From Octopus sinensis (lineage: Eukaryota), in contig NC_043007.1 in the NCBI RefSeq assembly GCF_006345805.1, positions 67,332,001 to 67,396,000 of the forward strand: 64,000 bases of DNA, read 5' to 3'. The notes below the pieces were generated by a model. It was not told where the DNA came from. It saw nothing but the letters and a program-made list of their open reading frames with translations, and searched no databases. Positions 24,972 to 36,929 of this stretch are shown here, in pieces. The position numbers were made by a program, and so were the translations under genes. Position 1 is the stretch's first letter. Each line of letters starts with the position of its first letter.

Positions 24972-25890
24972 TTAAGGAAAAAAGAAAGAAAAAAGCAGGA
25001 GCCCATCAGGTGGCAAATTTTGGGAAGCATGGAAGTTTTGAAGAATGTAGTGTCTCAACAGCTAACAACTGATGTGGGCAGTTTATTCTATGCTTCAGTA
25101 ATTCTGAGTGTAAAACAATGTTTCTTGAAGTCATGGGTGTTCTGTCCATTTGATATTCCATTTTAATGATCTGGAAATACACAAAAATCAATAAAATTAA
25201 AAAATCAAAACACACTATCTTGTAGAGCAAAAAATTCTTTCAAATAACATAAAACATTTTGCCAATGTGTTTTATTTCTGCATGAATTTTTAAATTTGAA
25301 AAAAAAAACCTTTATGAATTATTCCTCAACTCAATATATATATATATACTAGTGACATGACTAAAAAACCACAGAATTGTAATGAATCCTTTTTCCACCC
25401 CAACTTATGTTATTAATTTCCAGTGTAGTCATCTAGTACAATTTCCTGTGTATTTAACCAGATGCACTTGTACCCACAAATATGCCAACATCATCAACTT
25501 TCAGATTAACCAGGGACTTAATCCAGATGCTATGTTAACAAGTGTCACTAAACCTCTTTAAATTGTTGACATGGCTACAATGTTAGGGAGTTTATTTGTG
25601 GCTTTCATACCTACAAATGTGCCTACATCATCAACTCTCAGATTAACCAGGGACTTAATCTAGATGTTATATTAACAAGTGTCACTATCACCAAGTCCAT
25701 TAAAGTGGCTGAGATGGCTGATGAAAATTCCATAACAAGCACATAGCACTTATCAAGGAAGTCACCAGACAAAGCTTATTGATCTGATGACACAAGGGAG
25801 GAAAAATCTGATTATTTTTTATTTATTTTTTATTTCTTAATTACTTTATTGACTTTCTTTCTTGCTTTTTTTAGTAAATTATTTTCAACA

Positions 25891-26330
25891 AGTAGGAATA
25901 GCTGTTGGGTAAGAAGCTTGCTTCCCAACCACATGGTTTTGGGTTCAGTCCCATTGTGTGGCATCTCAGGCAAGTGTCTACTGCTATAGCCTTGAGCCAC
26001 CCAAAAGCTTGTGATTGGATTTGGCAAACAACAGAAACTGAAAGAAGCCTGTCATATGTGTTTGTGTGTGTGTGTGTGCGTGTGCATGTGTGTGTGTGTG
26101 TATCTTTGTACCTGTGTTTGTCCCCCATTAACACTTGACAACCGGTGTTGGTGTGTTTACATCCCCATAAATTTAGCAGTTTGGCAAATGAAACCAATAG
26201 AGTAAGTACCAAGCTTAAAAAATAAGAGCTGGAGTGGATTCATTCAACTAAAAATTCTTTAAAGAGATGCCCCAGCATGGCCATGATCTAATGACTGAAA
26301 CAAGTCAAAAGTAAAAGATAAAAGATAAAA
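25891..26330 (+). mobile_element. Full-length SINE family 1
   Basis: Same head, central microsatellite and (aaagat)n-like tail as 22416-22833. Confidence 0.85.
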
Positions 26331-26629
26331 ATAATCTATTTATTTACAAGTCATTATAGAAACTTTCACTTTATGGTCATTTGACTTATTTAGTATAGGA
26401 GCTTGCAAATGATATTTATATGTAGGAGTAAGCATGACTATTTGGTTTGAGAGTTTGCTTTCCAACCATGTGATTTCAGGTCAATACCACTGTATAGTAG
26501 TGTGGCACTTTGAATAAGTGTCTTCCACTAATAGCACCAAGCTGATCAACATGAGTGAAATTGATAGACAAAAACTGTACAAAGGCCATGTTATAAATAT
26601 GCCTATATCTATCTATCTATTTCTATATA

Positions 26630-27713
26630 CACAGACATGACAGAAGTAAATAGACACCCTTAAAATTTATTTAAATCTGAAAGTATACTTTCAAATTATT
26701 TATTAATTATTATGATGTAAATATATAATATTTAGTAGACATGCCCTTTGCATTTTCCAATGCAAGGACCTTGTTAGGCATGCTACTGATCAAATGACAA
26801 ATATTCTCTTGAGGAATTTCTTGTCAAGTTTCATGCAGTAATCTGGCTTTGATGATGCTTTCTTGTTCTTTTTATGAAGTGTCCTGTACGTTATGTCCCA
26901 GAGGTACTTGATAGGGTTCGTATCTTGTGACTGGCTTGACCATGGAAGTTTTTTAATGCCATTCTCTTCCAACCAACCTTGGGTCTTTTTAGCCGTGTGA
27001 TAAAGAGCCCCATCTTTCATAAATAAAGTCTTCTTTAATTATTTCACCACTGGAGAAGATTGGAAGGAGACCTTTCTGCAATATGGACACATATTTATCT
27101 GAGTTTATATTGCCCTCACACTTCACAAGCTCTGATCAACCATTGCTCCAAATTGCTCCTCAGACCATCAAAGAATAGCCGCTGTGTTTCATTGTTGGCA
27201 GCAATCTTTTTATGTCAAATTCTTGATCACTGTGTATCCAGACCCACACTCAACCACTGTCAGAAAATACAGCAAATCTGGACTCATCAGAGAATATGAC
27301 AGTGTCCCAAAATGCTAGTGGCCTTTCCACCATCTCACTGGCCCAATCTTTTCTCTGCTAGATATTGGCTGGTTGAAGAAATGGCTTACTTCTTGCTGCT
27401 CTGTCATAGTAGCCAAGTTTGTGGAGATACCTGACAACTGTTCTGGGACTGACATCATCTTGTTCTGCTATGTCAGAGGCTTTGCAATGAGGATTATCTT
27501 CCACATATCATTTAACAAAGCAAAGTCCTATCAGAGAGCCCTGGGGGAGGTGATGTAGATTCTATCCTCTCTCTGGTGAATTGCACAATCACTCTATTAG
27601 CTGTAGAAAGCGAGATCCCAAGGTGTTTTGCAATTTTATGCTAAGTCCATCTTCAGATTGACCCACAATATGACCTCTTTGAAATTTGAATAGTTCCAAG
27701 ACTTCCTTAATTA

Positions 27714-27770
<57 letters not shown>

Positions 27771-27775
27771 CATAC

Positions 27776-27858
<83 letters not shown>

Positions 27859-27905
27859 ACAAAATTTAAAGGACTGACCACTAAAACTGGATGGTCAACA
27901 TGCTA
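26630..27905 (-). mobile_element. Tc1-type transposon with pseudogenised transposase
   Basis: Minus translation FQRGHIVGQSE, IFSDESRFA, MKDGALYHTAK, WSSQSQDTNPIKYLW; TA|cacagacatgacagaagtaaatagacaccc terminus; 5' part interrupted by (TA)n at 27717-27860. Confidence 0.85.
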
Positions 27906-27940
27906 GATATAGACGTCAAAATCGCTATATATATATATAT

Positions 27941-29129
27941 GGCACACAAGAAAACCATCCGAACGTGGCCGTAGCCAGTACCGCACCGCCTGGCCTCCGT
28001 GCTGTGGGCACGTAACAAACACCATCCGATCGTGGCCGTTCGCCAGCCTCATCTGGCACCTGTGTCGGTGGCACCTGTGTCGGTGGCACCTGTGTCGGTG
28101 GCACATAAAAACACCATCCGAAGACCCGGCAAGACTAGTCAGGCCATAATCTGTGGCCCACCCGGCAAGACTAGTCAGGCCATAACCTGTGGCCCCTACT
28201 TGGGACGTAGTCAGTCCACCTGTGCATACCTTCCTCTTGTGACACTTGTGAAGACCTGTTGAGGCAAGTGAAAATCAAAATCAAATCAAATCAAATCAAA
28301 ACAAATCAAAACAGATGAACATTAATGGAATTTGTATCTTTGTGGTACCAGTGCCGGTGGCACACAAGAAAACCATCCGAACGTGGCCGTAGCCAGTACC
28401 GCATCGACTGGCCTCCGTGCTGTGGGCACGTAACAAACACCATCCGATCGTGGCCGTTCGCCAGCCTCATCTGGCACCTATGTCGGTGGCACATAAAAAC
28501 ACCATCCGAAGACCCGGCAAGACTAGTCAGGCCATAACCCGTGGCCCTTACCTGGGACGTAGTCAGTCCACCTGTGCTTACCTTCCTTCTTGTGACACTT
28601 GTGAAGACCTGTTGAGGCAAGTGAAAATCAAAACAAATCAAAATAGATGAACATCAATGGAATTTGTATCTTTGTGGTACCAGTGCCGGTGGCACGTGGC
28701 ACACAAGAAAACCATCCGAACGTGGCCGTAGCCAGTACCGCATTGACTGGCCTCCGTGCTGTGGGCACGTAATAAACACCATCCGATCGTGGCCGTTTGC
28801 CAGCCTCATCTGGCACCTGTGTCGGTGGCACATAAAAACACCATCCGAGCGTGGCCGTCTGCCAGCCTCGTCTGGCACCTGTGTCAGTGGCACATAAAAA
28901 GCACCATCCGAGCGTGGCTGTTTGCCAGCCTCGTCTGGCACCTGTGTCGGTGGCACATAAAATCACCCACTACACTCTCGGAGTGGTTGGCGTTAGGAAG
29001 GGCATCCAGCTGTAGAAACACTGCCAGATCTGACTGGACTGGTGCAGCTTTCGGGCTCCCCAGACCCCAGTTGAACCGTCCAACCCATGCTAGCATGGAG
29101 AGCGGACGTTAAATGATGATGATGATGAT
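27941..29129 (+). mobile_element. Second copy of the RTE 3'UTR higher-order array, opposite orientation
   Basis: Junction ccatccg|aagacccggcaag at 28120 and 28508; 62-bp subrepeats; (GAT)n tail at 29113-29129; 3' ~250 bp nearly identical to 13489-13740. Confidence 0.9.
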
Positions 29130-29249
29130 AATCTTATATAGTTAAGGTAAATCCCAACTGTTTCCTCTTGAAGAACATCTGCTTATTCCATTGTCACAAT
29201 CAATATATGTATCCATAGTTAGCGTTGTTAGTAAATAAAAGCACAATTC

Positions 29250-29404
29250 AAAATTGAGAATTTATGGAAATATTATTTGCAGAGTTGTTGAATAACAAAA
29301 CAGGAAACACGTATAACCAAGAATAAATAATACCAAAAATTTTTCATTTTCCTGTTTTGTTGTTCAACAATTCTGTAAATAATATTTCCATAATTCTCAA
29401 TTTT
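29250..29404. repeat. Hairpin with ~57-bp arms
   Basis: aaaattgagaatttatggaaatattatttgcagagttgttgaataacaaaacaggaaa versus tttcctgttttgttgttcaacaattctgtaaataatatttccataattctcaatttt. Confidence 0.9.
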
Positions 29405-29442
29405 AATATGTAAATATATATAAAAGTAGAAAAGAAAAGGCA

Positions 29443-30747
29443 AAAAATTTGGCGAGGCTTGACAAGGACATTCAATTTAGCTATTTAATAAAAACATTTA
29501 ATTTAGTTATGTAATATAAGGTTTAGATAGTCTCTGACAGCTGTTTCTAGGATATCCCAGCTGTTGGAATATCGTTTCGAGTGGAGATTCCATATGCTGG
29601 GTATTCCGTCGTTGGAGAGAGGTAAGTTAAACATATGACACACGTCTAAGTATGAAAAAACTAATACTTTGGATTATCACTAACATCTAGCTTAGGCATA
29701 CTACCTATTTGGGACTTCCACAGCAGTTCTACCACCTACCCTCATATTTTATAGAATACCACTAGGCTTATCTACTCACTGCTCTGAGCAAAATTAGGAT
29801 TTACTGATTCCTACACAATTATTCCATCCTTCTATACCCTACTCAGTGATTGAATGTCCCCACTCTTTCCATTTCATTATTTATATATATATTTATATCT
29901 ACCCTTGATTAACTTTGGACTCGCCATTTTATATAATTTAATCCCTTGATTTTCAATAGGAATCATTAACACTACGGATACTGAAATCTTAACTTTATTT
30001 TTACTTTTTGTATTTATAATATTAATTTTTAATCTTAGTTTTAAGTTTTAAATATTAAATCTTTTGTTTGCTAGTATGGTATCTATTTCTAGCACTAATA
30101 CAACTAAGCTAGCCCCAAGTCTCCCTTCCCATCAAGTAAAATTGACCACCAACTACATAGGAAGGCTATTATCTTTTTACAACTGCTATATTACCTCCAC
30201 TATCCTCTCCCAATGCAACACAACTTGTAGGTCTGCTGGCAGCTTTATTTATCCCTTATCTATTTATCTTTACACTTGCAACCCCTAACCTTTCTAGACA
30301 AAAGTATCCCTTGCTATACTGATTAGTATATATCTAATACAATACTCCCATCTGTCTATCTTCCTCCCACTTGAGTGTACTATACTTATTCTTCCTTTCA
30401 GTATTTATCCAAGTTTGGAACTGCTACCATCCATTTTCCTTCGCCATAGGTTACTATCAAACCATTCTCTCTGATCATGGATTTTCCTAATGAATACCCG
30501 TTTTAACTGGATCTCATTGGATTTCTCATCCCCTTGTAGACATAATGAACCACAACGACTATCACAGATGAGGACCTTCCTTCCACTGTTCTATATGATA
30601 GAATACTCAGCATGTGGAATCTTCACTCAACACAATGTTCCAATAGCTGGGATAACCTAGAAACAGCTGTCAGAGATTATTTATACCTTTTATTATATAC
30701 CTAAATTAAATGTCCTTGTCAAGTCTTGGCAACTGTTTGCCATTTGT
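29443..30747. mobile_element. Unclassified element bounded by ~150-bp diverged inverted repeats
   Basis: cttgacaaggacatt...tctctgacagctgtttctagg.tatcccagct.ttggaa (29455-29600) mirrors 30600-30725. Confidence 0.5.
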
Positions 30748-30987
30748 TTTCAACTTCAATCTATACCTACCAACTCAAGGGGAAGCCACTTCTAGCTGCT
30801 TTGGAAAGGGCAGTCACAAAATCATACTTTCAACTGCAGTTCGAACTGGAATTTTAATGACATTTGAGCATACTCAGAGTACATACCTATTCATTTGAGT
30901 CACCCTGATGAAAACTCCTCATATCTTTTATATATCTGTGTGTGTGTATATACATCCATATGTACATACATATGTAGATATACACAT

Positions 30988-32127
30988 CTTCGTATCTCGA
31001 CCAACATGTGTCCCCGCTACCGAAACGGTAATTATTTCTACGCCAGCTATGTTGTTGTTGTTGTTTTTGTCTCATTTGGTCTAAAGTCGTATGACAACCA
31101 CCGTTATATATATTTTGTTTATTCATTACTGTTTTCAATTTCGTTTTCGTCTCTTGTATTCACATCCGTCTTGTGCGTTCACATTCCTGTCTTCTACCAA
31201 GAAATCTAATGCTTACAGCTTAGTTTTTTTCTTGGGGCTGGCCGAGTTGGAGCAAATATCAGAATTGAACAGCCGAAATTTGCTCTGATGATTCGGTGTC
31301 TGACTGAAGATTGAAGGCTTCGAATGATTTGTCTGTGTTCCGTGTTCGTCCCTTCCTGTATTTCACGTTCATTATATATAAAAACATTCATTCTTATATT
31401 ATTGCGGCGTTACGTGCACCCCCCCCCCCCCGTTTGTTTGTCCAATTTTAAACCCTGCACGACTTCTATACACACTGTCTTTTACTACCCGCCATTGCTT
31501 CTTCACCAAACTTTTTGGCGCCCTCCGATTCTTCCCCTCTCTTCCTCCCATCCTCCTCCCCTCTTCCTCCCATCCTCCTTAATCCCTTCTTTCTCCTTTT
31601 CTCTTGGTCACTGATTCTGTCCCCTGCCTTCTACCCTCTTTGATTCCCTCTCTCTCTGTCTCTCTTTCTCTCTCTCCTGCGACCTGCTGCTTCTTAAACC
31701 ATTCTGTTGGCCTTCGTATCTCGACCAACATGTGTCCCCGCTACCGAAACGGTAATTATTTCTACACCAGCTATGTTGTTGTTGTTGTTGTTTTTGTCTC
31801 ATTTGGTCTAAAGTCGTATGACAACCACCGTTATATATATTTTGTTTATTCATTACTGTTTTCAATTTCGTTTTCGTCTCTTGTATTCACATCCGTCTTG
31901 TGCGTTCACATTCCTGTCTTCTACCAAGAAATCTAATGCTTACAGCTTAGTTTTTTTTCTTGGGGCTGACCGAGTTGGAGCAAATATCAGAATTGAACAG
32001 CCGAAATTTGCTATGATGATTCGGTGTCTGACTGAAGATTGAAGGCTTCGAATGATTTGTCTGTGTTCCGTGTTCGTCCCTTCCTGTATTTCACGTTCAT
32101 TATATATAAAAACATTCATTCTTATAT
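30988..32127. mobile_element. Young element: two ~412-bp direct repeats (~99% identical) separated by 312 bp
   Basis: 30988-31399 versus 31712-32127 differ at about 5 positions; inserted in a (TA/CA) microsatellite. Confidence 0.8.
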
Positions 32128-32513
32128 ATATATATATATATATACATATATACATATATATATACACACATAGATAAGTTGATAGATAGACAGACAAATA
32201 GAAATACAGATTCATACTTGCATACATACATATAGACTAACATACCCACACACTCATACATGTGTACATACATAAACACATGCACATATATACATGCATA
32301 CTTATATACATATGCATATGCATACATACATTTTCCTTCAAAATGAGGAACAGAAAAGGACTGCAAAATAACTTAAATGAAGCCTTGTCTAAAACAGCAA
32401 ATCTTAAAATGGTTCCCAAGTCCAGGGTTCTGTGAAAAATCTAATGTTCCACAGGTGAAAGTGGATTTGTATAAAACTTTTCTCAAATATCTTTTACAGA
32501 ACAATTAGTATAG

Positions 32514-32880
32514 TTGCAGGCATGGCTGTGTGGTTGAGAGGCTTGTTTCCCAGCCATGTGGTTTGGGGTTCAGTCCCACTCTGAATCTCCTTGGATACAT
32601 GTCTTCTACTATAGCTTCTGGCTAACCAAAGCCTGAGGTGTGGATTTGGTAGATGAAAACTGAAAGAAGTTTGTGTGTGTGTGTGTGCATGTATCTGTCT
32701 GTCTGTCTATGTGTTTGTCTCCCATTATTGCTTGAAAACCAGTGGTTTGCTTACATAAATTAGCATTTTGGCAAAATCACTGAAAAAACAAGTACCAGAG
32801 TTGATTTGTCCAACAAAACCCTTTACGGTGGGGCCCCAGTATGATGTCCAATGACTGAAACAAGTTAAAAATAAAAGAAA
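32514..32880 (+). mobile_element. SINE family 1
   Basis: gcaggcatggctgtgtggttgagagg...gggttcagtcccact...atgactgaaacaagttaaaa. Confidence 0.85.
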
Positions 32881-33179
32881 AGACAAAGGATTCACCATAC
32901 AAAAAAAAATAAGTAATTATATATTGTTGTTATTTTATGAATATATTCTTGTATAACATATTGAATTTCATTTAATGTTTTGTTAAAATCAAAATGGTGA
33001 TACCTGTAGGCAGTAATTTGATTTGTAAGGAACATTAGTAACATTTCACTCACATCAAACCCTACTGTCTCAAAAAAAAAAAGTCAAGTACATGTTCCAC
33101 ATCATATGACCAGCTGTTACTCATGAGTGAATATAGCTTGGTAGCAGGTACCATGCTTTCGTCAATTGTTTCAGATATC

Positions 33180-33832
33180 TATGTAGTCGCAAACAGATAT
33201 AGATGCCCCTGACACAGCAGAACAATCAGAATGTGAAAGTTGAGAGGGAGAGAGTATTTCTTTATTCACCATAAGGTTGAGAAAAAGAGGGGACAATATG
33301 GGGACAGACAAAACAAATGTTGGGGTCAGGGTATCGAATGAGACGAAACATATGAATAAACAAACAATTAAAATATATACAGTTAAATGAGAATGAGTGA
33401 TTAACAAAAAATGAAGTGGAAGACGCAGTTGACCCCACAAACCACATACTCACACTGAAGACTTTGCTTTCTCCTTTTTTACATTCTCGATTAAACAGGT
33501 TCTTTCACTCGCAACATACTTGCTATATACTTCCATCTTTTACGAAACACACTTTGCGACAGGCATTTCTTCTCCAGCCTTATTTTCCGTTTCATGCGGA
33601 AAACGAAAAAGTCGATTAGCTCGAGAGTGGAGATAAACATGCCTGTTGCAATTCCTTTCACTCTCGTCTTCCATACTACTTCTTTCACCACAGCAACTAC
33701 TGAGAGAAAACAGGCTTGCTCCTCCCTATTCAGGGAGGTCGGCGGAACGATCTTAATTACAGATTTGCTCGACAGTTGTACTCTTCGTGAATGTGACAGC
33801 AGGTGTTCGACATAAGCCCAGAGTTCAGTCAC
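33180..33832 (-). mobile_element. 5'-truncated Tx1/L1-like LINE 3' end
   Basis: ORF 33491-33832 VVKEVVWKTR...LIDFFVFRMKRKIRLEKKCLSQSVFRKRW resembles Tx1-clade ORF2 C-termini; followed by a pyrimidine-rich 3'UTR ending gtgaataaagaa. Confidence 0.6.
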
Positions 33833-35100
33833 CTTGGGGCATTCAGCATCTGGCTAGTATTCATTTCTCATTACAGCTGAATAAAGTGAAGCAATGTGAA
33901 ATGAAATGCTTTGTTGCTTTGTTCAAAGACAAATGTGTCACCCAGTCCAGAAATTGAACCCACATCCTTGTTATCATGGACCAAATCCTCTAATAACTTG
34001 GATGTACACCACACATTGTAGAATCCTAAATATGCATTAGGATGAGATATTTATGGTAGGAAAGCCTTTTTAGTGTGAGATTAGGGCTGGGAAATAGTTA
34101 TTGATAAATAACATTTGGTGGACTGTATGTTGCTTTCTTATTGACCACACTAACATTGGTATTAGTTCTCATACAATTTCAATAACATCGTACGTATTTG
34201 TATTTACATATATACAATAGTTAAATAAATACAACAGCATACAAAAGATACTGAATGAAATAAGTACAAGTTGTCAGTGCATTATATGTTAAATAGTAAT
34301 ACGAAGACAGCTCATGTTTATTGGGAACAAATTAAGTTGAAAGAAGAAGAGAATGACTTGTCATAAAGCTGACATAGCTTGGAGTACCACCTCAGGTCAT
34401 TGTGTAAGGAGGTGCAGAAGAGAGCAAGAGACCATCTGGAGCAGAAAAACAAGGCTCCATGTGAACTTATAGATGGTTCTGCCAGGAGTTCAATCTACCA
34501 GCATTTTATTAGCTAGAATTTTTGACCAGACAGGAAGATTCTAATTAACTTTGTTATACACTAGCTGATCTGATTGGTTGAGCCATGTTCACAAATATGT
34601 ATGTCTTATTTAGAAATATACTTATGCTGAAGTTCTAAGCTACAATTTTGAGTGAAGTGGTTTTAAAGTTTTGCTAAATCTTCAATCATACAACTGCTCA
34701 GTTAAGACTAACATTTTTTGAATGGCTTAGTTGGAAAAGGAAGGGCAGTGTCCTTGATTCCTCTCAAAGCCTTTGAGACTGGCATAAGAAAGAAAGTTAA
34801 CTTCAAACCAGAGATTGGCCTAATGTTTGCAAGAAATTAGACTTCACTAGAGTTGTCCAAGGTCCAGATGGTGGTGCTAAACAAAGAAATGGATTAAGTT
34901 GGAGCTGAATGTCAACAGGAACTTCATAAAGAACTTTATATTATAAAGGCTCTCTTGCGTATATCAAGGCCAAAGTCATTACATTCATTATGTTCAGAAG
35001 TCACAATTATTTAACCTGCAGGAGTGCAAATGATAGCATAAACAATTACAGACCTCATTTATTTTGCTGAACTAGGTATTATCTTCCAAACACCATATTA

Positions 35101-35114
35101 TACTACTGCTGCTG

Positions 35115-35152
<38 letters not shown>
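35101..35152. repeat. (ACT)n/(GCT)n trinucleotide microsatellite
   Basis: Direct reading. Confidence 0.95.
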
Positions 35153-35153
<1 letters not shown>

Positions 35154-35682
35154 GCTTTGTTTCTCTGTAGTTATGGAGGAGCAGCTGTTATAGTTTCAAA
35201 TACAACAACCATTATTGTCTAGAAAATTAACTGGACATATTCAAATGAATTATGGCTGTATAACCTTTATTTGAAGATACACACACACACACATACATAA
35301 AACAGAATGTCCAAAGTACAGCTGACATGATTGCTTGTCTAGTGATAACCGAGCATATTTAATTAGTGTCTCTTTCTGGATATAAACATCTGCAACTTCA
35401 CTGTGTTTATATGCTTTGATGTATGCGTGGCTGTGGAGCTAAGAAGTTTGCTTCACAATCACAAGATTCCAGGCTCAATACCATAGTGTAATACCTTGGA
35501 TAAAGGCCTTCTAAGATATCCTTGGGTTGATCAATATTTTGAGAGTGGATTTTTATAGATGAAATCTATGTATGTATGCATGAATGTGTGTGTGTGTGAG
35601 TGTATCTATACACACACATACAGATATACATACAAACATACATACACAGATAGATATAGACGTAGGATGAAGTGGTGAGAAA

Positions 35683-35919
35683 GGCGGCGAGCTGGCAGAA
35701 TAGTTAGCATGCCGGCCAGAATGCTTAGTGGTATTTTGGCTGCCGTTATGTTGTGAGTTCAAATTCTGCCGAGGTCGACTTTGCTTTTCATCCTTTCGGA
35801 GTCGATAAATTAACTACCAGTTACACACTGGGGTCGATGTAATCGACTTAATCCCTTTGTCTGTCCTTGTTTGTTCACTCTATGTTTAGCCCCTTGTGGG
35901 TAGTAAAGAAATAGAAATA
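35683..35919 (+). mobile_element. Full-length tRNA-derived SINE family 2 with 14-bp TSD
   Basis: ggcggcgagctggcagaa...gagttcaaattc...cttttcatcctttcggagtcgataaa...(gaaata)n; TSD gaagtggtgagaaa (35669-35682) / gaagtggtgaaaaa (35920-35933). Confidence 0.95.
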
Positions 35920-36087
35920 GAAGTGGTGAAAAAGTGATCTACAGACATTGGGACTAAAAGTGGGGATGACTAGGGTTTGCTATGCTTGAAAAGACACATC
36001 AAGCTGAGTAAAAGTGTGGCTGCCATTGCATACAGGTTTGTCACCTACAACCCTATCCAGCTGAGCATCCCTAATCTTTTGGGTTTG

Positions 36088-36264
36088 TAGGTGCCAGTGC
36101 CATGTAAAAAGCATCCAGTACACTCTGTAAAGTGGTTGGCGTTAGGAAAGGCATCTAACCGTAGAGACCATGCTAAAACAGACATGGAACAACCCTTCAG
36201 CTGGTCAGCTCCTGACAAACTGTCCAATTCATGCCAGCATGGAAAATGGATGTTAAATGATGAT
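36088..36264 (+). mobile_element. Older RTE-type 3' end with GAT tail
   Basis: gtggttggcgttaggaaaggcatc...gccagcatggaaaatggatgttaaatgatgat. Confidence 0.8.
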
Positions 36265-36668
36265 GGTGGCTGTGTGGTAAGTAGCTTGCATACCAACCAC
36301 ATGGTTCCGGGTTTATTCCCACTGGGTGGCACCTTGGGCAGGTGTCTTATACTATAGCCTCGGGCCGACCAAAGCCTTGTGAGTGGATTTGGTAGATGGA
36401 AACTGAAAAAAGCTCATCGTATATATGTATATATATATATATGTATGTGTGTGTATATGTTTGTGTGTCTGTGTTTGTCACCCCAACATCACTTAACAAC
36501 CAATGGTGGTGTGTTTACGTCCCCATAACTTAGCGGTTCGGTAAAAGAGACTGATAGAATAAGTACTAGGCATCCAAAGAATAAGTCCTGGGGTCAATTT
36601 GCTCGACTAAAAGCAGTACTCCAGCATGGCCACAGTCAAATGACTGAAACAAGTAAAAGAGTAAAAGA
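36265..36668 (+). mobile_element. Full-length SINE family 1 abutting the RTE tail
   Basis: gtggctgtgtggtaagtagcttgc...ggcaccttgggcaggtgtc...(gtaaaaga)n. Confidence 0.95.
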
Positions 36669-36929
36669 ATATATATATATACATATTAAATGTTCTGTTG
36701 CATTTCAAGATGGAAAAGAAATAAATGCTTCTTTGGTCTTAGTTGATATATTTAATCAAGATAATAGTTCCTTTCATTATTGATAACACAATCTCATCTA
36801 TTTGGCAAATTGTTGATCTATGTTTTGAAGCAAAAGAAACACACAATATCATTTTAACCCCTTTCAAATTAATAAACTATTTTCCCTCAAAATAATGTTG
36901 CAATGATCTCAAAAGATGATAGTCAGCTG

